DNA of 64,000 nt from a virus, in IMG/VR virus record IMGVR_UViG_3300033153_005694, positions 19,028 through 83,027 of that record; one strand, 5' to 3'. Every line of letters starts with the position of its first letter. Within the stretch, counting starts at the first letter, position 1. Below the pieces are notes generated by a model. It saw nothing but the letters and a program-made list of their open reading frames with translations. It made no database searches and had not been told where the DNA came from. Of this stretch, positions 9,739-20,342 are shown piece by piece. The translations under genes were made by a program, and so were the position numbers.

Positions 9739-11442
9739 GTGAAGAAGCCACAGATAGACATATACCCTACGCAAGTGCAGGACCACTTGAATGAGGTAGG
9801 GTTTAAAAATAAATTCTTAAGGTATTGGGGACATGATGGCAGTATACTAACCGAAAAGCATTACTACTACCCTAATATAAGCGAAAATGATAAAAAGCTA
9901 TTTAAGTTATTAGGTGTATATAAAGATTTAAAAGCTGCGCAAGGGCAGATGGAGGGAATAGATAAAGCTTGGATGTACTTAAATCCAAGTAAAGAAGGGG
10001 TAGTAGATTTAACCGAAGAAACACTAGTACAAGAGCTTGACTTCGATATTAATAGTGGGACATATACTTTAAATATTACCTATAGTCCAACTCTAAAGAG
10101 AGTAGGTAATAATGCATACTACGGAAAAATGTATGTAGATACAGAAGATACTTTAGGGCTATTTAGTGAAGTTTATAAGAATCCTGATGGAACAATTAAT
10201 GTTGATACTCTTGGGAATTATATAACGGCTAATTATGACGAAGTACTTAGTTCGTGTGTTGTAGAAGGTACTGAGCAGATAGATGATGAGACTGATGATA
10301 CTGAGGCTGAGCTAATAAACTTAGTCACTATGTTTGTGTTAGGTGGGTCTGATGCATTTGTAGCTACTATAGAGGATATAAGCTATACTACAGTAAGTAA
10401 AACGTATGCATCAACTAGGTTATCTGCAGATGGAGATACCCAAGAAAAAATAGTGTACCCTTATTTAGAGCAAGCATTAAGTTTAGAGATTAATATAGAA
10501 AATATAGGTATAGTCACTGATACTGATCCCTTAGTAGCTAAAATTATAGAGTACAAGGATAAGCAACAAACAATAAAAGATGCTGCCGCGGCTGATAAAG
10601 CTACTAATGGGCTATTGGGAGATATTTTATATAAGCAAAACCTAGTTAATAATAGTTTATGGACTGATAGTAGGCTTAATGTAGCTGCTTTTAGTAGTAA
10701 TACCCTCAAGACTAAAGACTTAATTAAATTGGTAACTACTTCGCTAGATTCTGGTTATCGGAAGAAGAAGACAAAATGGTGGAAGAAAGTACTTACAATG
10801 ATAGTATTTGTTTTAGTAATGGTTTATACTCCGTCTCTAGGGAAAGTCTTAGGGCTTCTTACTTCAACTTCAAGTGCAATAGCAGTAGCAGCAACCGGTG
10901 TAACGCTTGCTACATTAGCAGTAAGTCTTCTTAGTGTCGGAATGTCTGCATGGGGTGATGAAGCTGGGGCAACTTTTGCTGGAAAGTTTGCCAAAAATGT
11001 TAGTGTATTAAGTACCTTTCTAGGAGTAACTGCTATGATATCAAGTATGGCTAATAATGTGCTTCAATATGGAGTGAAAGGAGTAATACAAACTGCTTTT
11101 AAAAAGTATACAACCGATTTAAGCCTTACCCAAGGATTAAAAATGGTTACTATGGTCGCTAATGCTTGGATGAAAAAAGACTTAAAAAAAGATATAAATA
11201 AGATGCAAGCGCTTGAAGCCCAAAATGCTGAGTATGCTAGGGCTGAGGAAGAGAATAATACAAGACATTTGGCGATGTTGTTTGCTAAAGGATATGCAGA
11301 TGTACTAAATAAGGACTGTAACGATGATCAGTATGACTATCCGTATGAGGATTGGGGTACAAATATGCATATAGGGAATATACAGCGAACAAGTTGGCGA
11401 TGGGAAAGAACCGGAGCTAAAGATGGTTTAAGGATAACTTAG
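9739..11442 (+). CDS. Virion/ejection protein with predicted transmembrane segments
   Basis: KKKTKWWKK followed by long hydrophobic helices, as in N4-like tail-region proteins. Confidence 0.6.
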   Translation: MKKPQIDIYPTQVQDHLNEVGFKNKFLRYWGHDGSILTEKHYYYPNISENDKKLFKLLGVYKDLKAAQGQMEGIDKAWMYLNPSKEGVVDLTEETLVQELDFDINSGTYTLNITYSPTLKRVGNNAYYGKMYVDTEDTLGLFSEVYKNPDGTINVDTLGNYITANYDEVLSSCVVEGTEQIDDETDDTEAELINLVTMFVLGGSDAFVATIEDISYTTVSKTYASTRLSADGDTQEKIVYPYLEQALSLEINIENIGIVTDTDPLVAKIIEYKDKQQTIKDAAAADKATNGLLGDILYKQNLVNNSLWTDSRLNVAAFSSNTLKTKDLIKLVTTSLDSGYRKKKTKWWKKVLTMIVFVLVMVYTPSLGKVLGLLTSTSSAIAVAATGVTLATLAVSLLSVGMSAWGDEAGATFAGKFAKNVSVLSTFLGVTAMISSMANNVLQYGVKGVIQTAFKKYTTDLSLTQGLKMVTMVANAWMKKDLKKDINKMQALEAQNAEYARAEEENNTRHLAMLFAKGYADVLNKDCNDDQYDYPYEDWGTNMHIGNIQRTSWRWERTGAKDGLRIT

Positions 11443-11449
11443 TTATAAT
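11427..11449 (+). promoter_or_regulatory. sigma70-type promoter TTTAAG-N11-TATAAT
   Basis: Exact motif upstream of the 11480 ORF. Confidence 0.7.
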
Positions 11450-11479
11450 AAGTAAAAGTAGAATAAATAGGAGAATAAG

Positions 11480-11893
11480 ATGGAATGTGGTTTAAATAAT
11501 CAAGGTCAATTTGTATGTGAAGGTTTAGGTGCGAGTGCATATGGAGCAACTATTAACAGTCCAATAGTGTCTGATAATAGCTCAATAGTACCTAAAGGTG
11601 ATATTGGGAATGTAGGTCCTACACAAGTTACGGCGGATATCATGAAAGATTATATTCCTGGTGTAAGTGGAGGTGGTTGGTTTACGCAGAATAAAGGTAT
11701 GATAGACGCAGGATTAGGATTAGGGCAACTAGGACTAGGTTATCTAGGATATCAAAGCCAGAAGAAACAAATAGCAAGTAATATAGCGGATGCTGAACAG
11801 CGAAGAAGATTGAATGAAGAAGCTGCACAAAACAAAAGAAATATACAAGCTAAAGCACAGAGTGTCTTTGGCGGTACGCCGTATACTGCATAA
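11480..11893 (+). CDS. Putative small ejection (internal virion) protein
   Basis: Gly-rich hydrophobic segment (GLGLGQLGLGYLG) followed by coiled coil; upstream of the vRNAP. Confidence 0.55.
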   Translation: MECGLNNQGQFVCEGLGASAYGATINSPIVSDNSSIVPKGDIGNVGPTQVTADIMKDYIPGVSGGGWFTQNKGMIDAGLGLGQLGLGYLGYQSQKKQIASNIADAEQRRRLNEEAAQNKRNIQAKAQSVFGGTPYTA

Positions 11894-11902
11894 AGGTAAA
11901 AT

Positions 11903-13519
11903 ATGACTAAATATGCAAAGTATGGTAATATTTCAGTAACAGACCCAACTAAGGGTATGCAAGCTGCAGTAGGCAGTATAATGGATAGAAGGCTAAAAGA
12001 AGATATACTAGCTAAAGAGGAAGCTCGACGAGCAGTGGAAGCTGAAAGAGCTGAAAGAGGCTTACAGCTAAGAGAAGCAGCAGCAGAACGAGAAGCAGGT
12101 AAATATAAAACTGCACTAGCTGAGAAAAAAGCTTTGCAGGAGTACGTAACAGGATATACGCCGTATGGCGAGGAAGCAGGTGGTCGAAAAGGTATGGAGC
12201 TAGTAGATAAGGCTGTGCTGGGTAAGATTGAAGAGATGGATAGACCATTGACTTACGAAGAAGCAGCAGATGTACAAACGTTTTACGAGAAACAAGTACC
12301 CTGGAAAGAAGAAGCATTAAGTAGTGTTTCAAAGAATTTGTTAGCAAGAGGAGTTGATCCAAAGACAGCGTTAGTAACAGCGGCAACTTTGACAGAAGGA
12401 TTAAAAAGTAAAGAAGAGGCAAGAAAAGAAGAAGTTGCAACTACGAAATTACTGAACGAGAGAGCAGATAAAGCAGCGAAAGTTGAAAGAGAAATTGCAA
12501 GGTTGATGAAGACTGCTGCAGGAAAAGGTAAAGCAGGAAGAAAAGGCAATGGAACAACGGCTCTGGATATATCAAGTTTGGTTGAAAAACAAGATCTTGG
12601 GTGGTATGATACAGATAAAGCACAAACTGCTGTAGATGAAGCGTTAGAAATCGCAGATGCTAAGTCAGTGAAGAAAGCAATTGGGTATGGAATTACACAT
12701 GGGTACTTTGCGAAAGGCTTTGATCCAGTTAAGTTTCGAGCAGCAGTAAATATGTTTGAAGAAAAAGGGGTTGAAGGCACTACTGGGACACCAAGCCTAG
12801 GAACACTAGATAAATTTAGACCAAGAAGCTTTCAGCCTGAACCTATTAAAGATATGACAGCTGAAGAAAAACTAGCTGAGGCTAGAAAAGAAGTAAGGTG
12901 GCTAGGTGAAGAAGAAAAAGCAAAACCGGCTGCAAAAGTACCTGCAAAACTAGCTCCTCCAGCTAAAGAAGTAGACGAGAAAAAAACTGCAGAAGTTAAA
13001 GTAGGTGATGTATCAGATGCTAGTAAGGCATTTGAAAAGTATAAAGGACCTAGTTTGTTTGGTAAAGATACTCAAGCATTGACAATACCTGCAAAATGGG
13101 GTACTAGAAAAATGCCGGTACAGACAGAAACAGAAAGACTACAAGTTGAGAAAGCACTAGGTGATGCTCCTATAGAAGATGTATCATTAGCGTTAGTGCC
13201 TGCTGGTGCCGGAGCAAAAGTTGCAGGAAAAGCAGTAACTAGTGCTACTGGTAAAGCGTTCGGTAAGATACTAGATAAACTTACAGGTACGTTACGTGGT
13301 GGCACTTTTACGACAAAAGCTGCTAGTGGTAGAGTACTAAGTGGTGGTAGTGCTAGCGCTGCTAAGAAAGCATTTAATAAACAACTAACTGATGAGATTG
13401 CTGTAATGGCAAGTAAGGCTAGATTGGATGTTGGTGATGTTAGTAGACTAGAAGCTATTGCTAAACGAATACCTGCTCTTAAAAAAGATATAGATATGCT
13501 CATAAATACAATGAAGTAA
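11903..13519 (+). CDS. Putative ejection (internal virion) protein
   Basis: Ala/Lys/Glu-rich helical 538 aa ORF directly upstream of the vRNAP. Confidence 0.55.
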   Translation: MTKYAKYGNISVTDPTKGMQAAVGSIMDRRLKEDILAKEEARRAVEAERAERGLQLREAAAEREAGKYKTALAEKKALQEYVTGYTPYGEEAGGRKGMELVDKAVLGKIEEMDRPLTYEEAADVQTFYEKQVPWKEEALSSVSKNLLARGVDPKTALVTAATLTEGLKSKEEARKEEVATTKLLNERADKAAKVEREIARLMKTAAGKGKAGRKGNGTTALDISSLVEKQDLGWYDTDKAQTAVDEALEIADAKSVKKAIGYGITHGYFAKGFDPVKFRAAVNMFEEKGVEGTTGTPSLGTLDKFRPRSFQPEPIKDMTAEEKLAEARKEVRWLGEEEKAKPAAKVPAKLAPPAKEVDEKKTAEVKVGDVSDASKAFEKYKGPSLFGKDTQALTIPAKWGTRKMPVQTETERLQVEKALGDAPIEDVSLALVPAGAGAKVAGKAVTSATGKAFGKILDKLTGTLRGGTFTTKAASGRVLSGGSASAAKKAFNKQLTDEIAVMASKARLDVGDVSRLEAIAKRIPALKKDIDMLINTMK

Positions 13520-13550
13520 CTAGGAATATAGTCTAAGTAAATAAACAAAC

Positions 13551-13573
13551 TTTAAGTGTATATTGGCTATAAT
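13551..13573 (+). promoter_or_regulatory. sigma70-type promoter for the virion RNA polymerase gene
   Basis: TTTAAG 13551-13556, N11, TATAAT 13568-13573. Confidence 0.7.
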
Positions 13574-13601
13574 AGAGGAAATATACGCTTAAGGAATACA
13601 A

Positions 13602-16600
13602 ATGCCTATTGAAATTGAATACTCTTCACTACTAAAAGGTGAAGTACCCGCTACAAGCAAAATAGAATCACTACAAAAACGTAAATACGATAAGCTAGAA
13701 CGACTAGCACCTGAAGCTGCAAATATACAAACTGCAGAACAACTACAACAATCACTATCAGATATCGCAGATCAGCAAATATATACAAGACCAGATGGAA
13801 GTAAATACCAAATAGACTACATGATCGACCCTGTAACAGGATTAAGTCAAGGCCAACAAGAAGTAGACTACACAAAAATAAGTAGATATGGTACACCAGA
13901 TACTAGAAATCTGTACATCGATACTTCACCAGAAGGTGCTTACAAGCTAGGATTAGCTAGAAGTGATAAAGGCTTTATGGGTAGGTATACTCCAGGAGAA
14001 GACTACGGATGGGCACCAGGACCAAAAGGAGTAACTCCAGAAAATGGTGCATTGATGGATATAGAATTGCCACATGATGTAGCTACTCAGTTTGAATATG
14101 ACGTACATACTAATGTAGGACAAATACGAAGTAGGGCTGCTGGACCAAGTATTGCGGAAATTACGGCTGCTAGACCAGAATTTGGTAGTGGGGTAAGCGA
14201 ATATACTAAACCAACAGCTCCAATGTGGAATATAGGATATGTAGCTCCAGAAGGACAACTTCCAGAAGATACATATATGCCAAAGAAATTACGAGAAGTA
14301 GAAAAGAAGAAGACATTTAAAGACTACCTTACAGAAGAAGAAGCTAGGAGCGGAGAAAGAGCAGCAGGCGGAGAAGAATTGGTAAGTGGACTAACAAAGT
14401 CACTAGGTACTGCCTTTACAAAAGAACTAGCGGTAGATACAGCTGATTGGATAGGGGATGCTACAGGATTCTGGGACATAGGCTCAGAAGACGAAAAAAC
14501 TAAAATGGTAAATGAGTGGTTTAACTACGATCCAAGGAATTTAGAAGAAGCACATAAAAAAGTAAGTGTGTTGAATAACAAGATATGGGATGAAGCTAAA
14601 AAAGGAAATATAGCTTGGAAAGAACTAGGCGAGGCTATAGTAACTGCTGTAAAAGAGCCAGAATTACTAGGAAGTTCACTAGGTACAATAGCAGCATGGG
14701 TAGTACCAGGAGCATGGTTGACTAAAGGTAAAAAGTTTGCCGATGCTGCAGGTATGGCAGGTAAAGCTAGCCATGCATTAAAAGCACAAAGTGGACAAAT
14801 AACAGCTGCGATAGGAAATGTAAATGACCAGTATGAAGAATTCGTAAAGAATAACAATGATGTAGAGTTACAAGGTATAGAAAAAGCGGAATGGTTTGCA
14901 ACTAGATTTGGGGTACAGATGTTGAATCAGAACCTAGATGCGATTACAGCTACAAGTATAATAAAGTCACCAGCAATGTTTAACGCTGCAAAGCAGTCGA
15001 TAGCAGGATTGACAGAGAAGCAATTTGGCAAGTTTTTAGCGGGTGTGGGAAAAGTAGTAGGTACCACTGTAGTGAATATGCCGAAAGAAGCAGTTCAAGA
15101 GTATACTCAAAGAATGATGGAATTGACAAATGAAAGATTTGGAGCAGAGAAGTTTAAAGACTTAGATACGTTCGGTAAGTTCTTGCTAGATGAAGGTGTA
15201 ATGAAAGAGGGAACACTAGATGCATTGATGGGAGCTGCAGGAGCGGTACAGTTTCAGGCAATAGGTGCAGTACCACAAGCGTTAAGAGGCGCAAAAGAAG
15301 TAGTAGCAGATGCGGTAGGCGGTGAAGTAGATCCAGATGTACAACGAATGCCTACAGGCGTAGCTGGTAGACGAAGAGTATTCAACTCAGATGAAGCGAT
15401 GGATTATGTCGAGAATGAGAAGAGTAGAGATGTGTTTACAAAGTCTATAACAGACTACACAGTGGATCTGTACTTCCTTCCAGAGGAACAAGCAAGTAGC
15501 CAGTATGCAGGAATAAAAGATGTAAAAGAAAGAAATAAGCGAATACTAGATGACACAGTAGAAAAGATAGCGAAAGTAAACGGACTAGAAACAAATGCTG
15601 AAAAAGAGTATATATACCAACAAGTTGCAGATAAGCTGAAAAAAGAGTTTGTCAAGGCTTCAGAAAAAGGTGATGGAAAAGTAGAAGAGAAAGATGAGTT
15701 CTACAGTGGGCTACTGACAGCGAGTGATGATAACAAGTATGTGCGAAGAGAAGTAGACGATGCATATAGAGAAGAATTGCTTAGTAATATGGTTGAGTTT
15801 AAAAAAGAACTAGATAGAAGAGGCGTAGAAGTAAAGGATATAGAGCTAAATCCAGAAGAGCAGAAGAAAGTGTTGAAAGTACTAGATAGAATGAAAAGAC
15901 TAGGTTCTGAGGAACTAGAAGACGAAGCTCGAATAATAGCGGAAGCACTAAAGCTAGCTGAAGCACAAGATAAGAAAACTGTAGCAGATGTAAGACGAGA
16001 GATTGAAGTAACTGGATTCTTGAAAGGCGGAAAGAACTACAAAGGTTTAAAAGACCATACGGTAGATATTGAAGGTGATATCGTAAGCGGTAAAGATAGT
16101 GTAGCAAATGTTGAAATGTTGCAAAAATTTGCAGAGTCAAGAGGGGCAAATGAAGTACAACTGTTTTACACAGATGCTAAAGGTAATAGAGTACAGAGAA
16201 ATCCGGTAACGATACACAGATTTATACAAGACCGACAAGAAGATACACAAAAAATAGCGGATACAGTAAATAAATTGCTGGCTGTTGAAAATATATCACC
16301 GAAGATAAAAGAGCAATTAGAAACAGTACAGAAAACAGTAAATGATAATCTGCAAGAAGTTGAAAAGCTATCAAAGATAGACGATAAAGAACTAGTTGAA
16401 ACGCTAATAGAGATGCCACAGAATATAGCAAGTAAAGGACTGGTAAAGATACCAAAAGCTAAGGTTAAAGCTGAAGAAGTAGTAGCTGAAGAGATGCCGG
16501 TAGATGAGTATGCAGATATAGATGTAACAGAGACGGTAATAGAATTACCAGTGGAAGAAATAGTAGTTGAGAAACCTAAAGTTAAACCGGTAAAAGTAGC

Positions 16601-19600
16601 TAAAGAAAAAATTGAAGAAGTAAAAGTAGAGCCTAAAAAAGAAGTAAAGATTGAAGAGAAGAAAGTTGAGCCTAAAGTTAAGAGAGAACTAGATATTCCA
16701 ACAGTTTACGAAGCGATAGTGAAAACTAAAAGTGCATATAAAGATGAAATAGAAGCACAGATAAGAGAACAACTAGATGGTACAGATAAAAAGTTACCGG
16801 TATGGGAACTTTATAGAAGTGAAGGTATACCAGGATCTACACCAAAGAAGATAGAACAGCTGATAAATGAGATTGTAGCAAGTGAACCGAGATATATAGA
16901 AGAAGTAGATGCATATATAGAGGGTAAAGAAGAGTATTACAAAGCTGCAAAAGATGATGGAACAGATACGATAAGAGCAAATATAAAAGCACTAGAGTAC
17001 TACGAAACTAGATTAGATGGTGAAATACAAAAGAAAGTTACAAAAGTAAAACAAAAAGAACAACAAAAACTAAAAACAAAGGTTAAAGAAAAAGTAGCTG
17101 CAGGAGTCGACTCGTTGCGAGTAAGAATAATGGATAAACTGAATAAAGTGAAAGAACTGTTTAGACCAAATACAGATAAGCAACGAAGTGTAGCAAGTCA
17201 GCTAGCAGCTGGGATAACAGAAGCTAGATTGATGGAGATGATGCCTGCAGTGATTCGAAAAGCAGGAGATAAAGGTAAAGATAAAGTACGACAAGCGGTG
17301 GTAACATTACAAAGATTTACAAAAGAAAAAAGTAGTACACCATTACCTAGTCAAACGCTAGCCGCGTTGAAGAATAAAATAAAAGTAGAAAAAGGTGATA
17401 ACTACATATTGGACGAATGGTTCAGCAAGCTTACAGAGAAGCAAGATAAAGAAGTAGAGAAATGGTTCAGAGTTGCTGTGAATGTGTCTGCAGTGATTGG
17501 AATGGGTAAGATGCTGGATGCTAGAAAGCTAAGTAGCAGTGAACTAGATGACTATGTGACAGGAGCATTCGGTGTATATGAAGGTACAGATGTACATAGT
17601 GAGTTGAAGAAGAAAGTGAAGAAAGGTGAGATAGTACCGATATCAACATATAGAAAAGAATTAGGTCAAAGATTGCTTAAAGAACTAGAATTGAAGTTTG
17701 ATATTGCAGAATTAACAGGGCAAGATAAACAAGATGTGACAATGGCAATAGGTCAACTAGTGATGGAAAGAATGAAGCGAGTTGCAAAAGCTGAGAGTCG
17801 GTATGGAGTAGAAGGTAAACAAGTAGGAATAAGCACAGAAGCTGGAACAGTAGAAGTAGCAGATAGTATCGATAACCCAAAAGGCGATAAGATCATCAGA
17901 ACTGTGTTAGAGTTTAAACTGTCAAGTGAAGCAGAAAGAGAACTAGATGTAGCAGCGAGTGTGCTAGAGTATGCTGGAACACAAGATCACGGAAATATAA
18001 AAGATGTGCCTACAGAGTACAAGTATGATAAGAAGATACGGAACAGTGAGATAACTATGCCGCGAGAAGCTGTGAAGTACTTGAATAAACAGAATAAAAA
18101 ATCATGGAAGTTCAACAAAGATTGGCAAGAGCTGTATAAAACTGTAGAGGAACGAGCAAAGAAAGAAGGCAGAACAGTAAACGAGTTGATGTACGAGTTA
18201 ATGCTAGATAATGAGCAAGAATTGATAGCGAATACACCAGCGATGGAAATAGAAAGTGTGATGGCTAAACTAGAAGCTGATAAGCTAGATGTAGACAGAA
18301 TGTTGATGGCATACGACATAGCAGGTGAAGGTGAGTTCTACCTAGATTGGGATTTCACGATAAGCGGAAGATATATGATAAGTAACAGAATGTTGAATCC
18401 ACAGAATAGTAAGATAAGTAGGTTTATCGTAGATATGCAAGGCCAAAGAAGTGTGCTAGAGAAAATAGATGGGAAGTATGATGAAGATGCGCTGCATATG
18501 ATAAAAGTAGCAGCAGCACAAGCATTGGGTATTGGAGTAGATAAAACGGTAGATGAAAAGGCAATTGAAGAACTAGGTAAGAATTGGTTTGTGATAGCTA
18601 AAGATGGCAAAGTAACGTATGCAGATAACAGAAATGCAAGAATACTAAAGAAAGCTGCAGAACTGCAAGAAGTGAATGCGATAGCTGCAATGAAGTTGTT
18701 GAATCAAACAGGTGTGATGCATACAGATGAGAAGATGCACGTGTACCAGATGTTGAAGGCGTTAAGAGAACTAGATAAAGGCAGCGATAAGACAGAGCAT
18801 AACCTAGCATTAGAGATGGATGGAATTACGAATGGTATGATGTTGACATTGCTAGATATGGGTTGGAATGAGTGGATTCAAAGTATGCTGGAAAAAGGTG
18901 GAATATATGACGTAGATAGCGAGTACGAGAACCATGGACAGTTTAAAGTTGCAGGTGGACAAGATATCTACGAAGTACCAGTGGACATGTTGAAGAAAAA
19001 ACTAGAATTAGGTGATGAAGAAACTGCAGAGTTGATTGAGCAAGCTGGATGGAGGAACTTTTTGAAGCCACTAGTGATGGTATTCATGTACGGCGCTGGG
19101 ATAAATAATATTCGAAGAAAAGCGGCTGAAGAGTTGGCGATGTTGCATGTGAAGAATGCAAAAGATGTAGGTAAGATTAAAGGATTGATGGCAGAAGCTG
19201 TAGGGTATATGAACTCGAGTAGAGAGACCACAAAGTATACGTCAGCTGCTAAAGTAGAATTTAAACAGTATAAAAACGGAGTGATGCGAAGTATACCAGA
19301 CGGAAAAGTAAAAGATGTGTATTTAAGCCCATACCAGATGTATATATTGAGTACGTACTTAGATGAAGCTGTGATAGGGAATTACATAGAAAATAGCTTT
19401 GAGACAGAGTTTAAACCAGTGGTAGAGTATAGACAAACGCTAAAAACAGTTGAGACAATGAACTACTGGGTGTTTAAACAGCAGTTAGAGAAGAAGTTGA
19501 AAGGTAAGAATGTTGCAGAGTTGACGGCTGAACAGTTAGAAGAAGTGTTGATGGAAATGATAGATGAAAATACGTTCTATGGAGCAAATGACGCGAATAA

Positions 19601-20342
19601 TGGAGTGCAAGATTACACAAAGATGGGAGATACACATGCGAATAACAAGGTACATGTAGCCGGGTTTGGAGGATATGCAACGAATATTGACGTACGACGA
19701 AAAGAAGTGAATAGTGCGGTTAAGGATTTCATCAGCAATATTGGTGCAGTAGGTGTAACAGCTATACATAACAAAGATGGTAGAGCAATGAATGAAGGAC
19801 ATATCAAAGATGTGTTGAATATCTTCGATGCACTGATGATGGGTACAGATGTAGAAGTGAATGGGGAGCAATCTGTAGCGATGAATAAATCGATGGTAGA
19901 TGTGAGTAGACAGCACGATATATTCGGAAAAGCTGTAGAAAAGTTAGTAGGAAATCTAGATAAAGTTAGCTTCGAAGAGATGAGTGAAGCTGATGTAGAG
20001 TCGCTACAAGATGACTTAAAAAGAGCATACGGGATTACAGGTGATGAAGATCTAGATAACATGACAGCGAAAGTGATGGAGATTATCGAGAAGGTAAGAG
20101 AAGATAGAAAGACACTAGGTAAAACTAGATTAAAAGTAAATCACTACTACGTGAGTGACAAAATGGGTCAGTATAAAGAAGAGCAAGCTGGAGAAACTAC
20201 GGGTATAGTAGAAGAACTAGGTGTACTAGAAGATAAGATGAATGAGATGTTTACAGCAGAAGTAAAAGTAGATGAAGCTGCTGTTAAGCCGGAAGATGGT
20301 ATAATAGCGAATATAGCAAATAATATCGAGGAATGTGTATGA
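13602..20342 (+). CDS. Virion-encapsidated single-subunit RNA polymerase (N4 vRNAP-like), N-terminal and catalytic part
   Basis: 2246 aa. T7/N4-type motifs: DFTISGRY..NPQNSKISR, motif A LEMDGITNG, motif B RNFLKPLVMVFMYG, motif C NIFDAL. Confidence 0.9.
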   Translation: MPIEIEYSSLLKGEVPATSKIESLQKRKYDKLERLAPEAANIQTAEQLQQSLSDIADQQIYTRPDGSKYQIDYMIDPVTGLSQGQQEVDYTKISRYGTPDTRNLYIDTSPEGAYKLGLARSDKGFMGRYTPGEDYGWAPGPKGVTPENGALMDIELPHDVATQFEYDVHTNVGQIRSRAAGPSIAEITAARPEFGSGVSEYTKPTAPMWNIGYVAPEGQLPEDTYMPKKLREVEKKKTFKDYLTEEEARSGERAAGGEELVSGLTKSLGTAFTKELAVDTADWIGDATGFWDIGSEDEKTKMVNEWFNYDPRNLEEAHKKVSVLNNKIWDEAKKGNIAWKELGEAIVTAVKEPELLGSSLGTIAAWVVPGAWLTKGKKFADAAGMAGKASHALKAQSGQITAAIGNVNDQYEEFVKNNNDVELQGIEKAEWFATRFGVQMLNQNLDAITATSIIKSPAMFNAAKQSIAGLTEKQFGKFLAGVGKVVGTTVVNMPKEAVQEYTQRMMELTNERFGAEKFKDLDTFGKFLLDEGVMKEGTLDALMGAAGAVQFQAIGAVPQALRGAKEVVADAVGGEVDPDVQRMPTGVAGRRRVFNSDEAMDYVENEKSRDVFTKSITDYTVDLYFLPEEQASSQYAGIKDVKERNKRILDDTVEKIAKVNGLETNAEKEYIYQQVADKLKKEFVKASEKGDGKVEEKDEFYSGLLTASDDNKYVRREVDDAYREELLSNMVEFKKELDRRGVEVKDIELNPEEQKKVLKVLDRMKRLGSEELEDEARIIAEALKLAEAQDKKTVADVRREIEVTGFLKGGKNYKGLKDHTVDIEGDIVSGKDSVANVEMLQKFAESRGANEVQLFYTDAKGNRVQRNPVTIHRFIQDRQEDTQKIADTVNKLLAVENISPKIKEQLETVQKTVNDNLQEVEKLSKIDDKELVETLIEMPQNIASKGLVKIPKAKVKAEEVVAEEMPVDEYADIDVTETVIELPVEEIVVEKPKVKPVKVAKEKIEEVKVEPKKEVKIEEKKVEPKVKRELDIPTVYEAIVKTKSAYKDEIEAQIREQLDGTDKKLPVWELYRSEGIPGSTPKKIEQLINEIVASEPRYIEEVDAYIEGKEEYYKAAKDDGTDTIRANIKALEYYETRLDGEIQKKVTKVKQKEQQKLKTKVKEKVAAGVDSLRVRIMDKLNKVKELFRPNTDKQRSVASQLAAGITEARLMEMMPAVIRKAGDKGKDKVRQAVVTLQRFTKEKSSTPLPSQTLAALKNKIKVEKGDNYILDEWFSKLTEKQDKEVEKWFRVAVNVSAVIGMGKMLDARKLSSSELDDYVTGAFGVYEGTDVHSELKKKVKKGEIVPISTYRKELGQRLLKELELKFDIAELTGQDKQDVTMAIGQLVMERMKRVAKAESRYGVEGKQVGISTEAGTVEVADSIDNPKGDKIIRTVLEFKLSSEAERELDVAASVLEYAGTQDHGNIKDVPTEYKYDKKIRNSEITMPREAVKYLNKQNKKSWKFNKDWQELYKTVEERAKKEGRTVNELMYELMLDNEQELIANTPAMEIESVMAKLEADKLDVDRMLMAYDIAGEGEFYLDWDFTISGRYMISNRMLNPQNSKISRFIVDMQGQRSVLEKIDGKYDEDALHMIKVAAAQALGIGVDKTVDEKAIEELGKNWFVIAKDGKVTYADNRNARILKKAAELQEVNAIAAMKLLNQTGVMHTDEKMHVYQMLKALRELDKGSDKTEHNLALEMDGITNGMMLTLLDMGWNEWIQSMLEKGGIYDVDSEYENHGQFKVAGGQDIYEVPVDMLKKKLELGDEETAELIEQAGWRNFLKPLVMVFMYGAGINNIRRKAAEELAMLHVKNAKDVGKIKGLMAEAVGYMNSSRETTKYTSAAKVEFKQYKNGVMRSIPDGKVKDVYLSPYQMYILSTYLDEAVIGNYIENSFETEFKPVVEYRQTLKTVETMNYWVFKQQLEKKLKGKNVAELTAEQLEEVLMEMIDENTFYGANDANNGVQDYTKMGDTHANNKVHVAGFGGYATNIDVRRKEVNSAVKDFISNIGAVGVTAIHNKDGRAMNEGHIKDVLNIFDALMMGTDVEVNGEQSVAMNKSMVDVSRQHDIFGKAVEKLVGNLDKVSFEEMSEADVESLQDDLKRAYGITGDEDLDNMTAKVMEIIEKVREDRKTLGKTRLKVNHYYVSDKMGQYKEEQAGETTGIVEELGVLEDKMNEMFTAEVKVDEAAVKPEDGIIANIANNIEECV

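Noticed and set aside
16460-16690. Tandem repeat inside the vRNAP gene (KVEPK/EEVK)
   Set aside because: A low-complexity Lys/Glu/Val/Pro linker, not a discrete DNA repeat.
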